Counted from the first letter of the whole stretch, positions 1 through 12,110 are shown. The stretch is 54,948 bases of DNA, filler included, from Sminthopsis crassicaudata (GCF_048593235.1; 2 parts of 2 records of this genome joined end to end with filler, not necessarily neighbours in it), one strand, 5' to 3'. Notes: a model not told the origin generated them from the letters alone. Made by a program: numbers and translations.

Positions 1-264
1 GCAGTCTTCGTGGGCTTGGGGGCAGATGGCCCCGGGTCGGTCCATCTGCTGAGAAGCTTTGCCGGGACATGGCTGCACAGGCTGCAGCTTCCCGAGCCAC
101 CGGCGAGGGGGTGAAGGAGGACGCCAAAGATGGATGCGCAGCCCTGGGAAGTGCCAGTGGTCAAAAAGTTCCCATCCCTTGTGTGAACTGAGGTGAAGGA
201 AGCCCCCGGGGGAACACTCTACACTCCAACTGCAGGACCACTAGCTGGTGGATGGGATGAAGAC

Positions 265-732
265 TTGTTCTCTAAGAAATGATGGACGCGAACTGGCGCC
301 GAGCGAGACGAGCAGACCCTGGAGAACGCCGTGCCCGGCCACGAGATTATGTGGCGACCGGCTGGGGCGGACCTGGCGCTTCTCAGCGACACAGCGAGCT
401 TGGGATGGAAAATGCCATCTGCCTCCAAAGAACGAGCCTGGAGGCTGAACGTGGCCAGAACCTACACTTTTCACCCTTTGTGGCTGTTTGCTTTTTCTTC
501 CTTGTGTTTTTTCTCTTTCATTCATTCTGATTTTTCTTTCACAGCGTGACTAATATGGAAATGTGTGTAAAGAAATGATTGACTACGTATAACCTGTATC
601 AGATTGCTCGCTGTCTTGGAGAGAAGGGAGAAAAGGAGGGAGGAAAATCTGGAACTCAGAATCTTACAAAAATGAAGGTTGAAAACTCTGTATGTAATTG
701 GAAAAATAAAATACTATTGAAGGGAAAAAAAA
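265..732 (+). mobile_element. Old LINE-1 3' end (marsupial type), GC-shifted
   Basis: Aligns with the younger L1 at 1480-1986 (aactg..gagcaga..); typical 3'UTR text (actaatatggaaatg, gtataacctgtatcagattgct) and an A-rich tail. Confidence 0.8.
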
Positions 733-1079
733 GGAAATCACTAGTTGAGCTCTGATTGAAGGCAATGATCACTGTTGGTTCTGCAGGCCAGATAACGGTA
801 CCCCTCTCCTGCTCCAGGTACAGAGGTGGAGGGGCAGGATGGAGTATGGGTACAAAATGTCTGGGGGACATCTGTCCTCGAAGCCCTGGGGGCTGGAGAT
901 GATGTAAAAACAAAAGGCATAATTTTACAAGTTTTAAATAAGACCTTAGCCAAAAATAAAAATCCAAAACTAAGGCCACTGGTGACAGACACCTGTCTTT
1001 TCCACTAGTCACAGGGCCTGGGAGCTAGGAGCCTTCAGGTCCGTTTCCACCAGCTGATGTCTTAAGAAAGGGGGTGCTG

Positions 1080-1986
1080 AATTAAGACAACTCTGAGATA
1101 TCACTACACACCTGTCAGATTGGCTAAGATGACAGGAACAAATAACAATGAATGTTGGAGGGGATGTGGGAAAACTGGGACACTGATGCATTGTTGGTGG
1201 AGTTGCGAAAGAATCCGGCCATTCTGGAGAGCAATCTGGAACTATGCCCAAAAAGTTATCAAACTGTGCACACCCTTTGATCCAGCAGTGCTACTACTGG
1301 GCTTATATCCCAAGGAAATACTAAAGAGGTGAAAGGGGCCTGTATGTGCCAAAATGTTTGTGGCAGCTCTTTTTGTGGTGGCTAGAAACTGGAAGTTGAA
1401 TGGATGCCCATCAGCTGGGTAATGGCTGAATAAATTGTGGTATATGAAGGTTATGGAATATTATTGCTCTGTAAGAAATGACCAGCAGGAGGAATACAGA
1501 GAGGGTTGGAGAGACTTAAATCAACTGATGCTGAGTGAAATGAGCAGAACCAGAAGATCACTATACACTTCAACAACAATACTGTATGAGGATGTATCCT
1601 GATGGAAGTGGAAATCTTCAACATAAAGAAGATCCAACTCACTTCCAGTTGATCAATGATGGACAGAAATAACTATACCCAGAGAAGGAACACGGGGAAG
1701 TGACTGTAACTTATTAGCACTAATATCTGTCTGCCCAGGTTGCATGTACCTTCAGAATCTAATACTTAATGTGCAACAAGAAAATGGTATTTACACACAT
1801 GTATTGTACCTAGACTATATTGTAACACATGTAAAATGTATGGGATTGCCTGTCATCGGGGGGAGGGAGTGAAGGGAGGGGGGGTAATTTGGAAAAATGA
1901 ATACAAGGGATAATGTAATAAAAAAAATTACTCATGCATATGTACTGTCAAAAAATTTTATAATTATAAAATTAAAAAAAAAAAAA
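1080..1986 (+). mobile_element. 5'-truncated young LINE-1 (ORF2 C-terminus, 3'UTR, polyA)
   Basis: Translates to the L1 ORF2 cysteine-rich end ([16 protein letters not shown]...[14 protein letters not shown]). PolyA tail present. Perfect 16-bp TSD AAGAAAGGGGGTGCTG at 1064-1079 and 1987-2002, preceded by TT (endonuclease-type site). Confidence 0.93.
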
Positions 1987-2049
1987 AAGAAAGGGGGTGC
2001 TGGAGACCAGGTCCTCTGGTTAATGCTTCTCCTTGTAAAAGAAACCTCC

Positions 2050-2585
2050 TTTAATATGAAACGACCAGCAGGACGATTTCAGAGACGCCTGGAGAGACGG
2101 GAACTGATGCCGAGTGAAGTGATCACTGTATATGGCAACAACAAAATTATGCGACGATCAATTCTGATGGACGTGGCTCTCTTCAACAGTAAAATAATCC
2201 AATGATCTTGTGATGGAGAGAGCCGTCTTCACCCAGAGAGAGGACTGTGGGAACTGAGTGTGGACACAACCCAGCATTTTCACTCTTTTTGTTGTTTGCT
2301 TGAATTTTATTTTCTTTCTCATTTCTTTTTCCTTTTTGATCTGATTTTTCTTGTGCAGCAAGAGAATTATATAAACACATTTGCCTGTATTGGGTTTACG
2401 TTTATTTTTACCATATTTAACCTATATTGGATTACTTGCCATCTAGGGGATGGGGTGGGGAGAAGGGGGGGAAAGTGGAACAAAAGGTTTTGCAAGGGTT
2501 AATGTTCAAGAATTATCCTTGCATGTGTTTTGAAGATAAAAAAGGTTTGATAAAAATAATAAAACAAAATAAAATAAAAAACCAA
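2050..2585 (+). mobile_element. Older LINE-1 3' end
   Basis: Similar to the end of L1 ORF2 and the 3'UTR, with an A-rich tail at about 2550-2585. Confidence 0.8.
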
Positions 2586-4599
2586 AAACTCTTTGCTTTA
2601 GATCGATGGTCTCCTGGATGCTTCTGAGGACACTCCCAGGTGGGCAGGGCTGCTCAGGAGAGGGCACCTTCCCTGAAATCCCATCGGGGCTCTCGGGTTT
2701 CCTTGCTGAGTCTGTGTGATGGCTGGGACTTGGGGGAGGGAGAGTGTGATGGTGAGGACGTAGCAGGGGGAGTATTTTTTCACTGTCAGCTCTCAGAGAC
2801 CCCTCCTCATTTTGGAAGACTAGCCAGTGAGTTGTGATGGCCAGACTTGACCGGACGCGCCCCCACCTAGCCAGGCTGGCTGTCCCACAAGATTCATTAT
2901 CAACTATATGTTAGTCAGCAAGACCCGCTAGGGGACTCTGGGCAGACGCTTGGGAGTCACTGCCAAAGTTTGCATCCCACAGCCATGTTCAAAGATCCCC
3001 GGGTTCTCGCCGTAGCATAAGAAAATGCTGGTCGTGGGCTTCAGTGAAGTAGGAGAGACAGGGTAATCCTAGGTAAACTGAGGCACAGAACAATGTCAGG
3101 GCGTCCGACAATCTGCCAGAAGCAAACTTAGGAAAACCAGCCTGGAAGTTCTCATTTGTTGTGTAGAAAATCTATTCACCAGTAGTCAACAGCTTATCCT
3201 GCTCTGAAGATGGGTGGTAAATGCTCCCAGACCACCCTCTTTCATCTGGACAAAGCGCGCGCCCAAGGGAGGCGCAAATCTTGCTGAACTTTGGCGAACG
3301 TGCCGTTCGGTTGTCAGGAGCTAATCAGTGACTCTGGGGAGGGGATGGTGGATCGGGAACCTGGCGCACGGGGGGCTCCGGGCCTGAAGCCCCAGAACCT
3401 TCCCTCCAGTGTCAAGCTTTCCTGCATAGAGATCTGGGATGGAGAAAACACTTAGTTCATTCTGATTTTCTTTGTAATTCTGAGTATTTTGATTATTAAT
3501 TTTTAATTCTAAGCATTTACAAACATGATTCTGAGAAGGGGCTGGTCAAGGAGAGCTGCCGGCCACACAGCGAAGGCAGGAATGCGACGAAAGCGGCCTG
3601 CGATGAACAATCTGGGTCCCCAAGAATAGAGAAGGAAGCGCCTCCTCTTGGCAGAGCGCCACCCACCTGCGGCATCCGGGGGCTCTGACCACAAAGCTAA
3701 TGCTTTTTGTCCCCAGGACTAAGCTGGGAAAGGGTTCCGGGAGAAGCAGGAAGGGCGTCTCTGGAGAGATGGCTGTTCTCGGGAGAAGGCGCCCGAGCCG
3801 GAGGCCCCCAGAACCCTCCCAGCTCTGCAGCCGAGGCTGCAGACATATGCCCACCTGCCCGTAGGCAGCTGCCCGCGTATGACGGAAGGAGCGGGGCCCA
3901 GACGGGACGGGAACGTCACTCATGCTTTTCACTCAAAGCTCCAGGAAACGCAGCAGGGCCAAGTCAGGCCCGCTTCGAACCCGTCCCTCGACCTCTGGGC
4001 AGATGATCCCAGGGAGCACTTCTGGCTCTGGGGCTCCGCTCCATGACTCGGATTTCGGGTGTGTCCAAGGGCAGCTGGGGGGGCTCAGCCCACAAGGCTC
4101 GTGTTCAAATGCTGCTTCCTTCCCTGCAGGGACATTGGGCCTCCCTCAGAGCTCTGGCCAGGAGCATCGTCACCGGAGTCCCCAGTGAGTTAACTCTGCC
4201 AGAGGGACGGGCTGGCCTCCAGGACCGCAGCGGTGGCTGCTGGCCCCGAGTCTCCCCGTTCTGACAACGGCACTCCCTGCTCTGTGACCCTCGGTGGCTC
4301 CCGTGGCCTCTAAGCCCAAGGCGCTGCCTGGCATGGAGCGCCCTCTGCCCACCTCACTCCTGACCCGGACGAGGCAGTCCAGGGACAAGTTCCTCCAGCT
4401 CCCTGTTCCCCTGGCAGTGCCCCATGCCCAAAGCACGCCTACACAGCCTTCTGGTCTGTCCCCAGCTGTCTGCACGTGGTCTCTCCCATGAGACCAGAAG
4501 CTCCTAGAGGGCAGGGACCGGCTTTTGCCCCTTTTGTAGACGGTGCTTGGCTTGATGCCCGGTATTTATAAATGCTACGTGGTGCACTGAAGGGCATCT

Positions 4600-4760
4600 G
4601 CAGTGAAGACCTGAGTTCAGATTTGACCTCAGACACTCCCTAGCTGTGTTACTCTGGGCTCAATCTTCCCTCAGTCTCAGTTTTTTCATCTATAAAATGG
4701 ACTGCTAACAGCACCCACAGTGCCAGGTCTGTGAGACAAGTGAGAATTCATGCCGATGCT
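4600..4760 (+). mobile_element. MIR/CORE-SINE
   Basis: B-box-like gagttcagat and CORE text (ctcagttttttcatctataaaatggg). Confidence 0.65.
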
Positions 4761-4860
4761 TAACGCACCGCTTACATGCCGGCTATCGCCACGGTGGCCT
4801 GAGAGTGACCACTGTCCCCCACCTCCAATCCAACACCACCAGCTAACAACAGCAAAAAAG

Positions 4861-4866
4861 TTTATT
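4861..4866 (-). terminator. LRRC42 polyadenylation signal (AATAAA)
   Basis: TTTATT on the plus strand about 160 nt past the stop codon, followed on the minus strand by a T-rich tract. Confidence 0.7.
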
Positions 4867-5025
4867 GGAAAAATTACTATGTATTGAAAATATACTGTAG
4901 AAAGGCTGGCCTCCTCACGGCCCGGACGTGAGCGCCCCACCATCGCGGCTCCCCCGAGCGGGCCATGGCCCATCCCACCCCCAAAGGCCAACATGGCCAG
5001 TCCCCCGGTGCCCCACGACCCTCCC

Positions 5026-5300
5026 TCAGTAGGAATTCAGCAAGTCCCAGTCCTCCACGCTGAGGCAGACGTACTTCTGCCGGGACGGCGGCGAGGAGCT
5101 CGGCACGGCCGTCTCGGGCTCCTCCAGCGCTCTCTTCTTGGCGCTCCTGGGCTCCTGGCTCGCGGCCGCCTCCCGCTTTAGCGATGGCCCGTGGCCTTCC
5201 GTCGTCTTCTCTTTATAGAACTGGAGTTTCTCGCCAGAGTTCAGGTGGGGGTCTGCTAAGGGACACTTGGTGGGGGCTTCTGCCCGTGGCCGCTTTCCAT
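5026..5300 (-). CDS. LRRC42: LRRC42 last coding exon
   Basis: YGKRPRAEAPTKCPLADPHLNSGEKLQFYKEK...DWDLLNSY*; TGA at 5028-5026. Confidence 0.96.
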
Positions 5301-8300
5301 CTAGGGCAGAAGCAGACTCCAGGTGGGGTCCTCCCCAACTTCAGACCAGAGCCGTAAGGCGCCCCCCCTTCCCAGCCTCCACTGACAGGGAGCTCACTAC
5401 CTGCCACAGCAGGGGGGGGTTCAAACACCACCAAGCAGCCACCCGCTCCCTGGGAGGTCCCAGGGCCTGCCCCTCTGGCTACCCGGGCCCACGTCTCCCA
5501 GACCGGGCTGCTCCCTGGGGTCCAAGTCCTAGCGGCTACTTACTAGCCGTGGAGCGCCCCTGGCCCCCACTTAGCCTGGCGGTCATCTCAAGATGACCAC
5601 CGCTCTGACACTCTGTTCTCTGGCCTTCCTGCCGAGCGACAGTGACCTGCAGCGCGAGCTGCTCGGTCAGCACAGAGAGGCCGGCTGCGGCCGCAGGTAC
5701 GTACAGAAGCGCGACGCCGCCGTCCGGGGCTTGTCCTGGCCTGCGACGGCTCCAGAGATCACGCGCTCCCACTGCAGGACAATCTGGAACAGAGAGTGGC
5801 CGGACTCCAGCACCGCGCCACCGACGGCCCAGCCCGTGGCCCCCTCCCGCCCCCAGCTCTGGGGCCAGGGCAGCCCCAGGGGTCAGTGGGAGTCGCTCCG
5901 GGCGGGGGTCTCCAGGAGGGGGCAGGGGGCATTTTCTTGCCCAGTAAAATCTAGGCTCCTAGAGGGTGCCCCGGGCCCAGTGTCTCCCGTCCAGTTCGAG
6001 GGCAAGCAGCCCAGACGGCCACGCCGGCTCACCCCGCGGACCCTCACAACACCTGGGATGCCGCTGGAGCAGGGGCTGCTCTTCCCATTTTGTAGATGGA
6101 GAAACTGCTGAAGCAACAACTCCCCTCTCCCAAAACCCCAATGAGTGGCCACCCAACTTCCAGAGCTCCCGTGATGGGGAGCTCACTACCTAAAAAGGGC
6201 AGAGCGTTCCCTTTGGGACAACAGCTTTGTTAAGGAACCAAAGTGGGTCTTTGTGAGCTGGAGCTGGCTCAGGACACCCCCTGCCGGGCTGGAGACCCTG
6301 CCCAGAGACAAGGAGTCCCTTCGGGCCTCCAACATGGCCCGCCTGGCCCTTCAGGGACCGTTTGCTCTCATCACCCCCACTAGAGTGGAGAACCTCAAAG
6401 AAAACATCTGGGGACAGGCTCTCCCGAGCTTGTTGGCAGAGGTGGGGGCCTGGGGGTGAGGGACAGTCTGCCATGTCACAAGTGACCATCTCCCTGGAAA
6501 CGCAGGGGAGGTAAAAACCCCGCCCCCTGCTGGACGAAGCCTGCGGGGACCCGACCCCGCTGCAGGGAGGCCGAAGCTCAGTCCATCCGCAGGCACTGAC
6601 CAGGCCCCTGGGCCTCCGGAGCCGGTGCCGGGAGTCGTGCGAGGGGGCTCCGGGCTGGAGAGCCGCCCGTAAAGCCTGGCATATACAGGAGGTGCCGGCA
6701 GGCGAGTGACTCAGCGGGAAGAGCACGAGGTGGGACTCGGGGAGGCCTCTGCCTGCCTCAGTTTCCTCATCTGTGGAATGGGCGTGGCGCCGTGCCCAGG
6801 TACCTGGTCTGCCCAGCCCTCCGTCTTGCAGCTGCTGTGGTCAAACTCTTTCAGAGGCACTTTGGAGTGAACGAGGCCGATGTGGGTCTGCAGCTTGTGC
6901 ATGACGGCCTTCACGTCCTGTGCAAGGGAGACAGGTGGGTGAGGTCCAGAGTGCGGCCGCCCGGCCCGGGCCCGGCGCGGGGCCGCGCTCTCACCTGCAG
7001 GCCTGTCCCCGAGATGTCCAGACAGTTCAGCTTCCTGAAGGACAAGAGGTACCCGATTCCCGCGTCGGTGATCTCCGGATTACCTGGAACAGGAACCACA
7101 GGGAGCTGTGTCTATGAAATAAAACTACTAAAGGCACATTTATTAAGCACCTTCTGTGTGCCAGGCTTCCCCTCCCCCCTCCAGAAGCCCCTGGCCTTGT
7201 GGGGCGACAATATGGAAGCTCTTGGCACAAACAGGTGGCCGGTGCCCGAGACTGCCAAACTACTTTGCTGCGTGGAACGGCCCACAGGCCCCAGGCCTGC
7301 CGGGCTCCCCAGCGGCTCCTGCCTGTCCATGCCCACGTCCTGGTAGCCCCCGAGAAGGGCTATTTCATGTCTTGCACTGGGTCTCCAGGACCCTGCCTAG
7401 GCTAAGCAGACAGTAGGTGCCTCATAACAGCTGCCGAATGGCTGATGTTTAGTGACAATATCTAGCTGGGAACCATGGAGACAAAAAGAATCGCCCGTGC
7501 ACCTTTGCCGGACAGCCATTCCCTCAAGGGCTAGTCTGAATGGGAACGGGGAAGGGGTCACGGCCCAGGTGAGTGTCCACAAGGACTGCAAAAGGAAGGA
7601 GGGATTGTGAGGATGGAGGAGGGGGTAAGGAGCGGGGGAGGTGCAGGACGGCCTTGACTGTGACCCGGGAGGAAAGAGACTCACGAATCACCCAGACCCT
7701 CCTCGCCTCGTCCTACTGAGCAGCCAGGAATGCTCTTTTCGGTGGGGTTCGGAACAAAGTCCGAACTGCTTATACGAAGATGGCAGGGGGGACCAGCCCC
7801 AGGGAACCCGGCCACGACGTCGGGTGTGGGCACGTCTCCGCTCTGGGGGAGAAGGACCCCCCCCAACTTACAGGATAAGTCGAGCAAGGCGAGGTTCTCC
7901 AGCCCTCTTCTCATGACCCGAACAGGAGCCGTCATTCTCCGGAGCCCGGCATCGGAGAGGCAGTTGTCCTTCAGACGGAGCTGCGTCACACTGCGGGGCG
8001 AGACCTCCCAGGTCAGACTCCCTGGGGGTTCCCACGGTGTTGCCCTCCCGGCCGCCCCGTGCACTGGTCTTTATACCCGCCCACCCGCCCGTCCCGTCTG
8101 GCACTCAGCAGGCATGGAGATCCAGGAGAATCGTCTCATTAGGATTCTCAAAAGTGATTTCTTTGGTTATCGCCAAGAGCTCAGCACCCCATTCCTTGAG
8201 CCCTGCCCCCGCGGGCCGCCACCACACTAGCTTTCGAAAGCTCTGCCGGCCATGGCCAGTCAATGCAGACCAGAGAGGCCCAAGCCAGTGCCAAGGGACG

Positions 8301-10682
8301 CTGCCCCAAGCAGCACGTGCTGGCTGCAGGGCTCCTCCCAAGGGGCTGAGTGGGAGCCCGTGCCCGTGCTGGAAGACCAGCTGTAGCTGTGAAATGGTCA
8401 GCAAACAGGGCCCATGACAGCACCCACCCAAGGTGCCAGCAGGGGCATGAGAAAAATGGGCCCGGCCAGAGCTGTTAGCGAGCAGGCGGTCCTCCATAAA
8501 TGGCATGGGACAATGGCGAGGGCCCTGCTCCCTCCTCTCCCCGTGTGCCTGAGGTCTCCACTGTAAAGGGGCCCCACGACCTCCGGGCGGCACGGCCGGC
8601 CCTACCTGGACAGGGCCTCGTTGGTGAGGTGCTCCAGGAGCTCATGCTCATCTCCGAGCTTACAGCAAGAAAGGTCCAGGCAGGTCAGCTCCCGGAAAGA
8701 CTTGATCTCTTCGAGCTTTTCCGAAATCACCAGGTACCTGCCGAGCACGGAGAAGAGCGGGCATACCTCCCGAGCTCCTGTGGCAAGGATTCCTCCGGGC
8801 CCCGACGCCAGGCCTGAGGAGTGAAGGATCACCAGGCCCCACCACCTGCCCTCTGGCCACGGCTGCAATGGGCCTGCCCTTGGCCCTTCACCCTCACAAC
8901 CCTGCACGTGGTCTGCTCGTAGAGCCAGGTGGCAAAGGAGACGTTAGGGGCCCAGGTGAGCCAAGGATGCTCAGCGGCCCTTTTTTTCCCCCCTGAGGCA
9001 ATCGGGGTTAAGTGACTTGTGGGGTCACCCAGCCAAGAAGTGTTAAGTGTCAGAGGCCAGATTTGAAGCCCCTCCTGGCTGCCTCTGTATCCTGACATGA
9101 CTGGGCGGCAACAGCAGCAGCTCTCCCACAGAGAAAGCCACTGAGAGGTCTCTGCCACAATTGTTAAAAGGGGCAGCCCCTCCCCAGTGACGTGGTTACA
9201 TGGGAAGTCGGAGAGAAAGCAAGGGGGCTTCCAGTGTGTGCGAGGACGGCCGCGAGACAGCCTCCCTGACGGGCTAAGACCAGCAGGACAGAGGGGAAGG
9301 GTCTAGGCCCCTCTGAGCAGCTGCCCACAGGATGGGACGGGGGAGGGGGTGGGAGCCAGGCCGCCGCCTCAGGGTCCGATGCCCTTTTCAAACTGCTGGC
9401 TCTGATGCCTGCTATCCGGCTCAGCTGGGTACACAAAGAAACTTTGTCATTTTTAATTGGACGGCACATAAAGCCGTCGTTCTCTACCTCCCAATCAGAA
9501 TTCGCGGGGATTTGGAGGATCCCAGAGCAATCAGAGGAAGAAATGTGCAGCCTCCGAGAAATTCACCCGCAGGTTTTGGGGGCTCCGGGACCAGGGCGTC
9601 AGTGGAGGGCGTGAGAGCGGGCTCCCGTGATTGAGGGTACAGCAAAGGCAAGGCCAGGAAGCAGAAGTGCTGGCCCAGCCCCAGGGGGCGCTCTGCGTGC
9701 CGGCTGACCGCCTGCAGGCCCAGGGAAGGGGACACTGGACAGGCCGGAGAGTTCAGGCTCCTCCTGCTGGGCAGCTGATCCCCGCACCACAAAGCCCCCG
9801 GCCTTCCCATTCCCTTCCCAATCTGGGAAAAAACAAGAACAAAAACCCTCCTCCCTTCAGTCTGGCCCTTTCCTGTTGTCATCTCAGAGCAGATACCCAA
9901 ACATGACGTTTGAAAATAAAACCAGACCCCTCGGGCCCCTCCTTCCGGACACAGCCACCGAGTCCCTCTCAGCTCCATCTCAGGAAACCCGAGTTCCCCG
10001 GTCACTTTATCTTTCTAGGCCTCAGTCTCTCATCTGCAAAAGGGGGGCTGGACTAAGGCGGCACACTATCCGAGAAGCTCAGGGTCCTGGGGGGTGAGTC
10101 TGGCCTGCACCTGAGCAAGGCTGCCCCTGCCCCGATGGGGGGCTCACTGCCTCCTGGTCTTTAGAATCCATTCCTAATGGATTCTCTAAGCTTGCGGACC
10201 CCCCCTCACCTGTTCCGAAGGCAGAGTGAGCAGAGCACCAGGCGCCCGTAGGCCTCCGTGAACTTCTGCAGGGCGCGCAGCCCTGCGCCAGGCTCCGCAA
10301 ACTTGTGGCGCGCCTCCGCGGCCGAGAAGAGCTTCTCGGCGATCTGCTCGGGGAAGCCGATGAGCGAGTCGATGTGGTCCACGTTGTCGGAGATGAAGCC
10401 CAGCACGAGGCTGAAGAGGGACTTGGCGGAGTAGCGGAGGTTGCCCTCCCGGGTGTAGGTGAAGATGAAGTGGTCCGTCTTCTCCTTCCTGGCCGCATCA
10501 TCTTCCCGGTTCATGCATAGCTCCACCGAGAAACCTTTGGGAAACAGCCTCAAAGGCCTTGGCTCTCGTAAGCTGCTCGTGACACCATCCAGGGCCAGGC
10601 TTACCATGTGGAGGCGCCCATTTTCCCTGACATAGATAGGACCCGGATCCGGGCAACTTTGTGATTTGAGGTAGCAAGACAT
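5026..10682 (-). CDS. LRRC42: Leucine-rich repeat-containing protein 42, complete CDS (7 coding exons, 426 aa)
   Basis: join(complement) 10210-10682, 8606-8737, 7872-7990, 6995-7083, 6804-6917, 5705-5783, 5026-5300. All introns are GT-AG and phases are consistent; total 1281 nt. Translation MSCYLKSQSCPDPGPIYVRENG...KYVCLSVEDWDLLNSY* matches human LRRC42 as I recall it. Confidence 0.97.
5705..5783 (-). CDS. LRRC42: LRRC42 coding exon 6
   Basis: IVLQWERVISGAVAGQDKPRTAASRF; donor GTACGT. Confidence 0.93.
6804..6917 (-). CDS. LRRC42: LRRC42 coding exon 5
   Basis: DVKAVMHKLQTHIGLVHSKVPLKEFDHSSCKTEGWADQ; preceded by a 77-nt intron. Confidence 0.96.
6995..7083 (-). CDS. LRRC42: LRRC42 coding exon 4
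   Basis: NPEITDAGIGYLLSFRKLNCLDISGTGLQ. Confidence 0.96.
7872..7990 (-). CDS. LRRC42: LRRC42 coding exon 3
   Basis: VTQLRLKDNCLSDAGLRRMTAPVRVMRRGLENLALLDLS; donor GTAAGT. Confidence 0.96.
8606..8737 (-). CDS. LRRC42: LRRC42 coding exon 2
   Basis: YLVISEKLEEIKSFRELTCLDLSCCKLGDEHELLEHLTNEALS; AG/GT flanks. Confidence 0.96.
8983..9085 (-). mobile_element. Marsupial CORE-SINE fragment (WSINE1-like)
   Basis: ggggttaagtgactt...gtgttaagtgtcagaggccagatttgaa, similar to the copy at 22390-22540. Confidence 0.6.
10210..10682 (-). CDS. LRRC42: LRRC42 coding exon 1 (exon starts 10696, ATG at 10682)
   Basis: MSCYLK...LVLCSLCLRNR; acceptor ttttttgtag, donor GTGAGG. Confidence 0.96.
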
Positions 10683-10710
10683 TCCCCTGGCTGCACCTAC
10701 AAAAAAGCAA

Positions 10711-11533
10711 GAACCAAAGGGAAGAGGTTGGACCCAAGAGAGGAGGTTAGACCCGAGATACAAGGCTGGCCCCAAGGGAAGAGGCTGGACCCGAGAGCCA
10801 AGGCTAGACCCAAGGGAGGAGGCTGGACCCGAGAGCCAAGGATAGACCCAAGAGAGGATGTTAGACCCGAGATACAAGGCTGGCCCCAAGGGAAGAGGCT
10901 GGACCTGAGAGCCAAGGCTAGCCCCAAGGGAAGAGGTTGGACCTGAGAGCCAAGGCTGGCCCCAAGGGAGGAGGCTGGACCCGAGAGCTAAGGATAGACC
11001 CAAGGGAGGAGGCTGGACCTGAGAGCCAAGGCTGGCCCCAAGGGAGACTGGACCCGAGAGCTAAGGATAGACCCAAGGGAGGAGGCTGGACCTGAGAGCC
11101 AAGGCTGGCCCCAAGGGAAGAGGTTGGACCTGAGAGCCAAGGCTAACCCCAAGGGAGGAGGTTGGACCTGAGAGCCAAGGCTGGCCCCAAGGGAGGAGGC
11201 TGGACCCGAGAGCTAAGGATAGACCCAAGGGAGGAGGCTGGATCCGAGAGCCAAGGCTGGCCCCAAGGGAGACTGGACCCGAGAGCTAAGGATAGACCCA
11301 AGGGAGGAGGCTGGACCTGAGAGCCAAGGCTGGCCCCAAGGGAGGAGGCTGGACCCGAGAGCCAAGGCTGGCCCCAAGGGAGGCTGGACCCGAGAGCCAA
11401 GGATAGACCCAAGGGAGGAGGCTGGACCTGAGAGCCAAGGCTAGCCCCAAGGGAGGAGGCTGGACCCGAGAGCCAAGGCTAGACCCAAGGGAGGAGGCTG
11501 GACCCAAGAGCCAAGGCTGACCCGAGGAGGCTG
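10711..11533. repeat. Minisatellite, 38-bp unit made of two related 19-mers (GACCCGAGAGCCAAGGCTG + GCCCCAAGGGAGGAGGCTG), about 21 dimers
   Basis: Tandem array read directly from the sequence; it abuts the acceptor of the first coding exon of LRRC42. Confidence 0.95.
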
Positions 11534-11799
11534 GCCCTCTGGCAGCAGGGTCCAGGAAGTATGTCCTGTGTAGCCAAGGTGAACCGAAGCTTGGAGTCCT
11601 GGGGCCTGCCTCTCCCTAGAGCCTCTGAAAAACTGCTCCCGCTGCTGGGAGCATGGCCCAGTGTCTGAAGCATTTCTGCCGCGCTCTCACAGTAGCAGTC
11701 AGCTCCAATCAGGAACTGGTCCAAGAACTCCCACTAGTGTTCACTAAGCGCCAGACACCTGCCGGGCGCTTGAAGAGGCACCCCTGACCCTCAGGAGCA

Positions 11800-12110
11800 G
11801 ACACTCATTAAGCGCCACTGGCGTGCCAGGCCCTGTGCTAGGTACCTGGGGGAAAAGAGTATTTTCCGTGTCCCTAAAGCGTGCTGGGCAATGCTGATCC
11901 AAAGACAAAAACGAGCTCAGTCCCTCCTATGGGGAGATGGAGACCACACATGGTCCGACTGTGCCTGACTCTTGGCAACCCCACTTGGTGTGTTCTGGGC
12001 AGAGATCCCAGGGCAGTCGGCCATTTCCCTCTCCAGCTCATTTTACAGATGAGGAAACTGAGGCAGAGAGGGAGGAGGGGCTTGCCCGGAGTCTCGCAGT
12101 CAGTACCTAT
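11800..12110. mobile_element. L2 tail and MIR fragments
   Basis: gtgccaggccctgtgctagg (L2 end); ttttacagatgaggaaactgaggc (MIR core, reverse orientation). Confidence 0.6.

Noticed and set aside
2640-2837. ORF containing LCDGWDLGEGECDGED, suggesting an LDLa repeat of the neighbouring gene LDLRAD1
   Set aside because: Cysteine spacing is wrong, there is no SDE motif or splice support, and no other LDLRAD1 exon was recognised in 1-4800.
6918-6994. 77-nt GC-rich LRRC42 intron as a possible mirtron
   Set aside because: The 5' and 3' ends do not pair into a splice-site-to-splice-site hairpin.
10711-11533. Regular repeat array superficially like a CRISPR array or a repeat-protein gene
   Set aside because: There are no unique spacers and no cas genes, the DNA is eukaryotic intron, and the 38-bp period is not a multiple of 3. 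It is a minisatellite.
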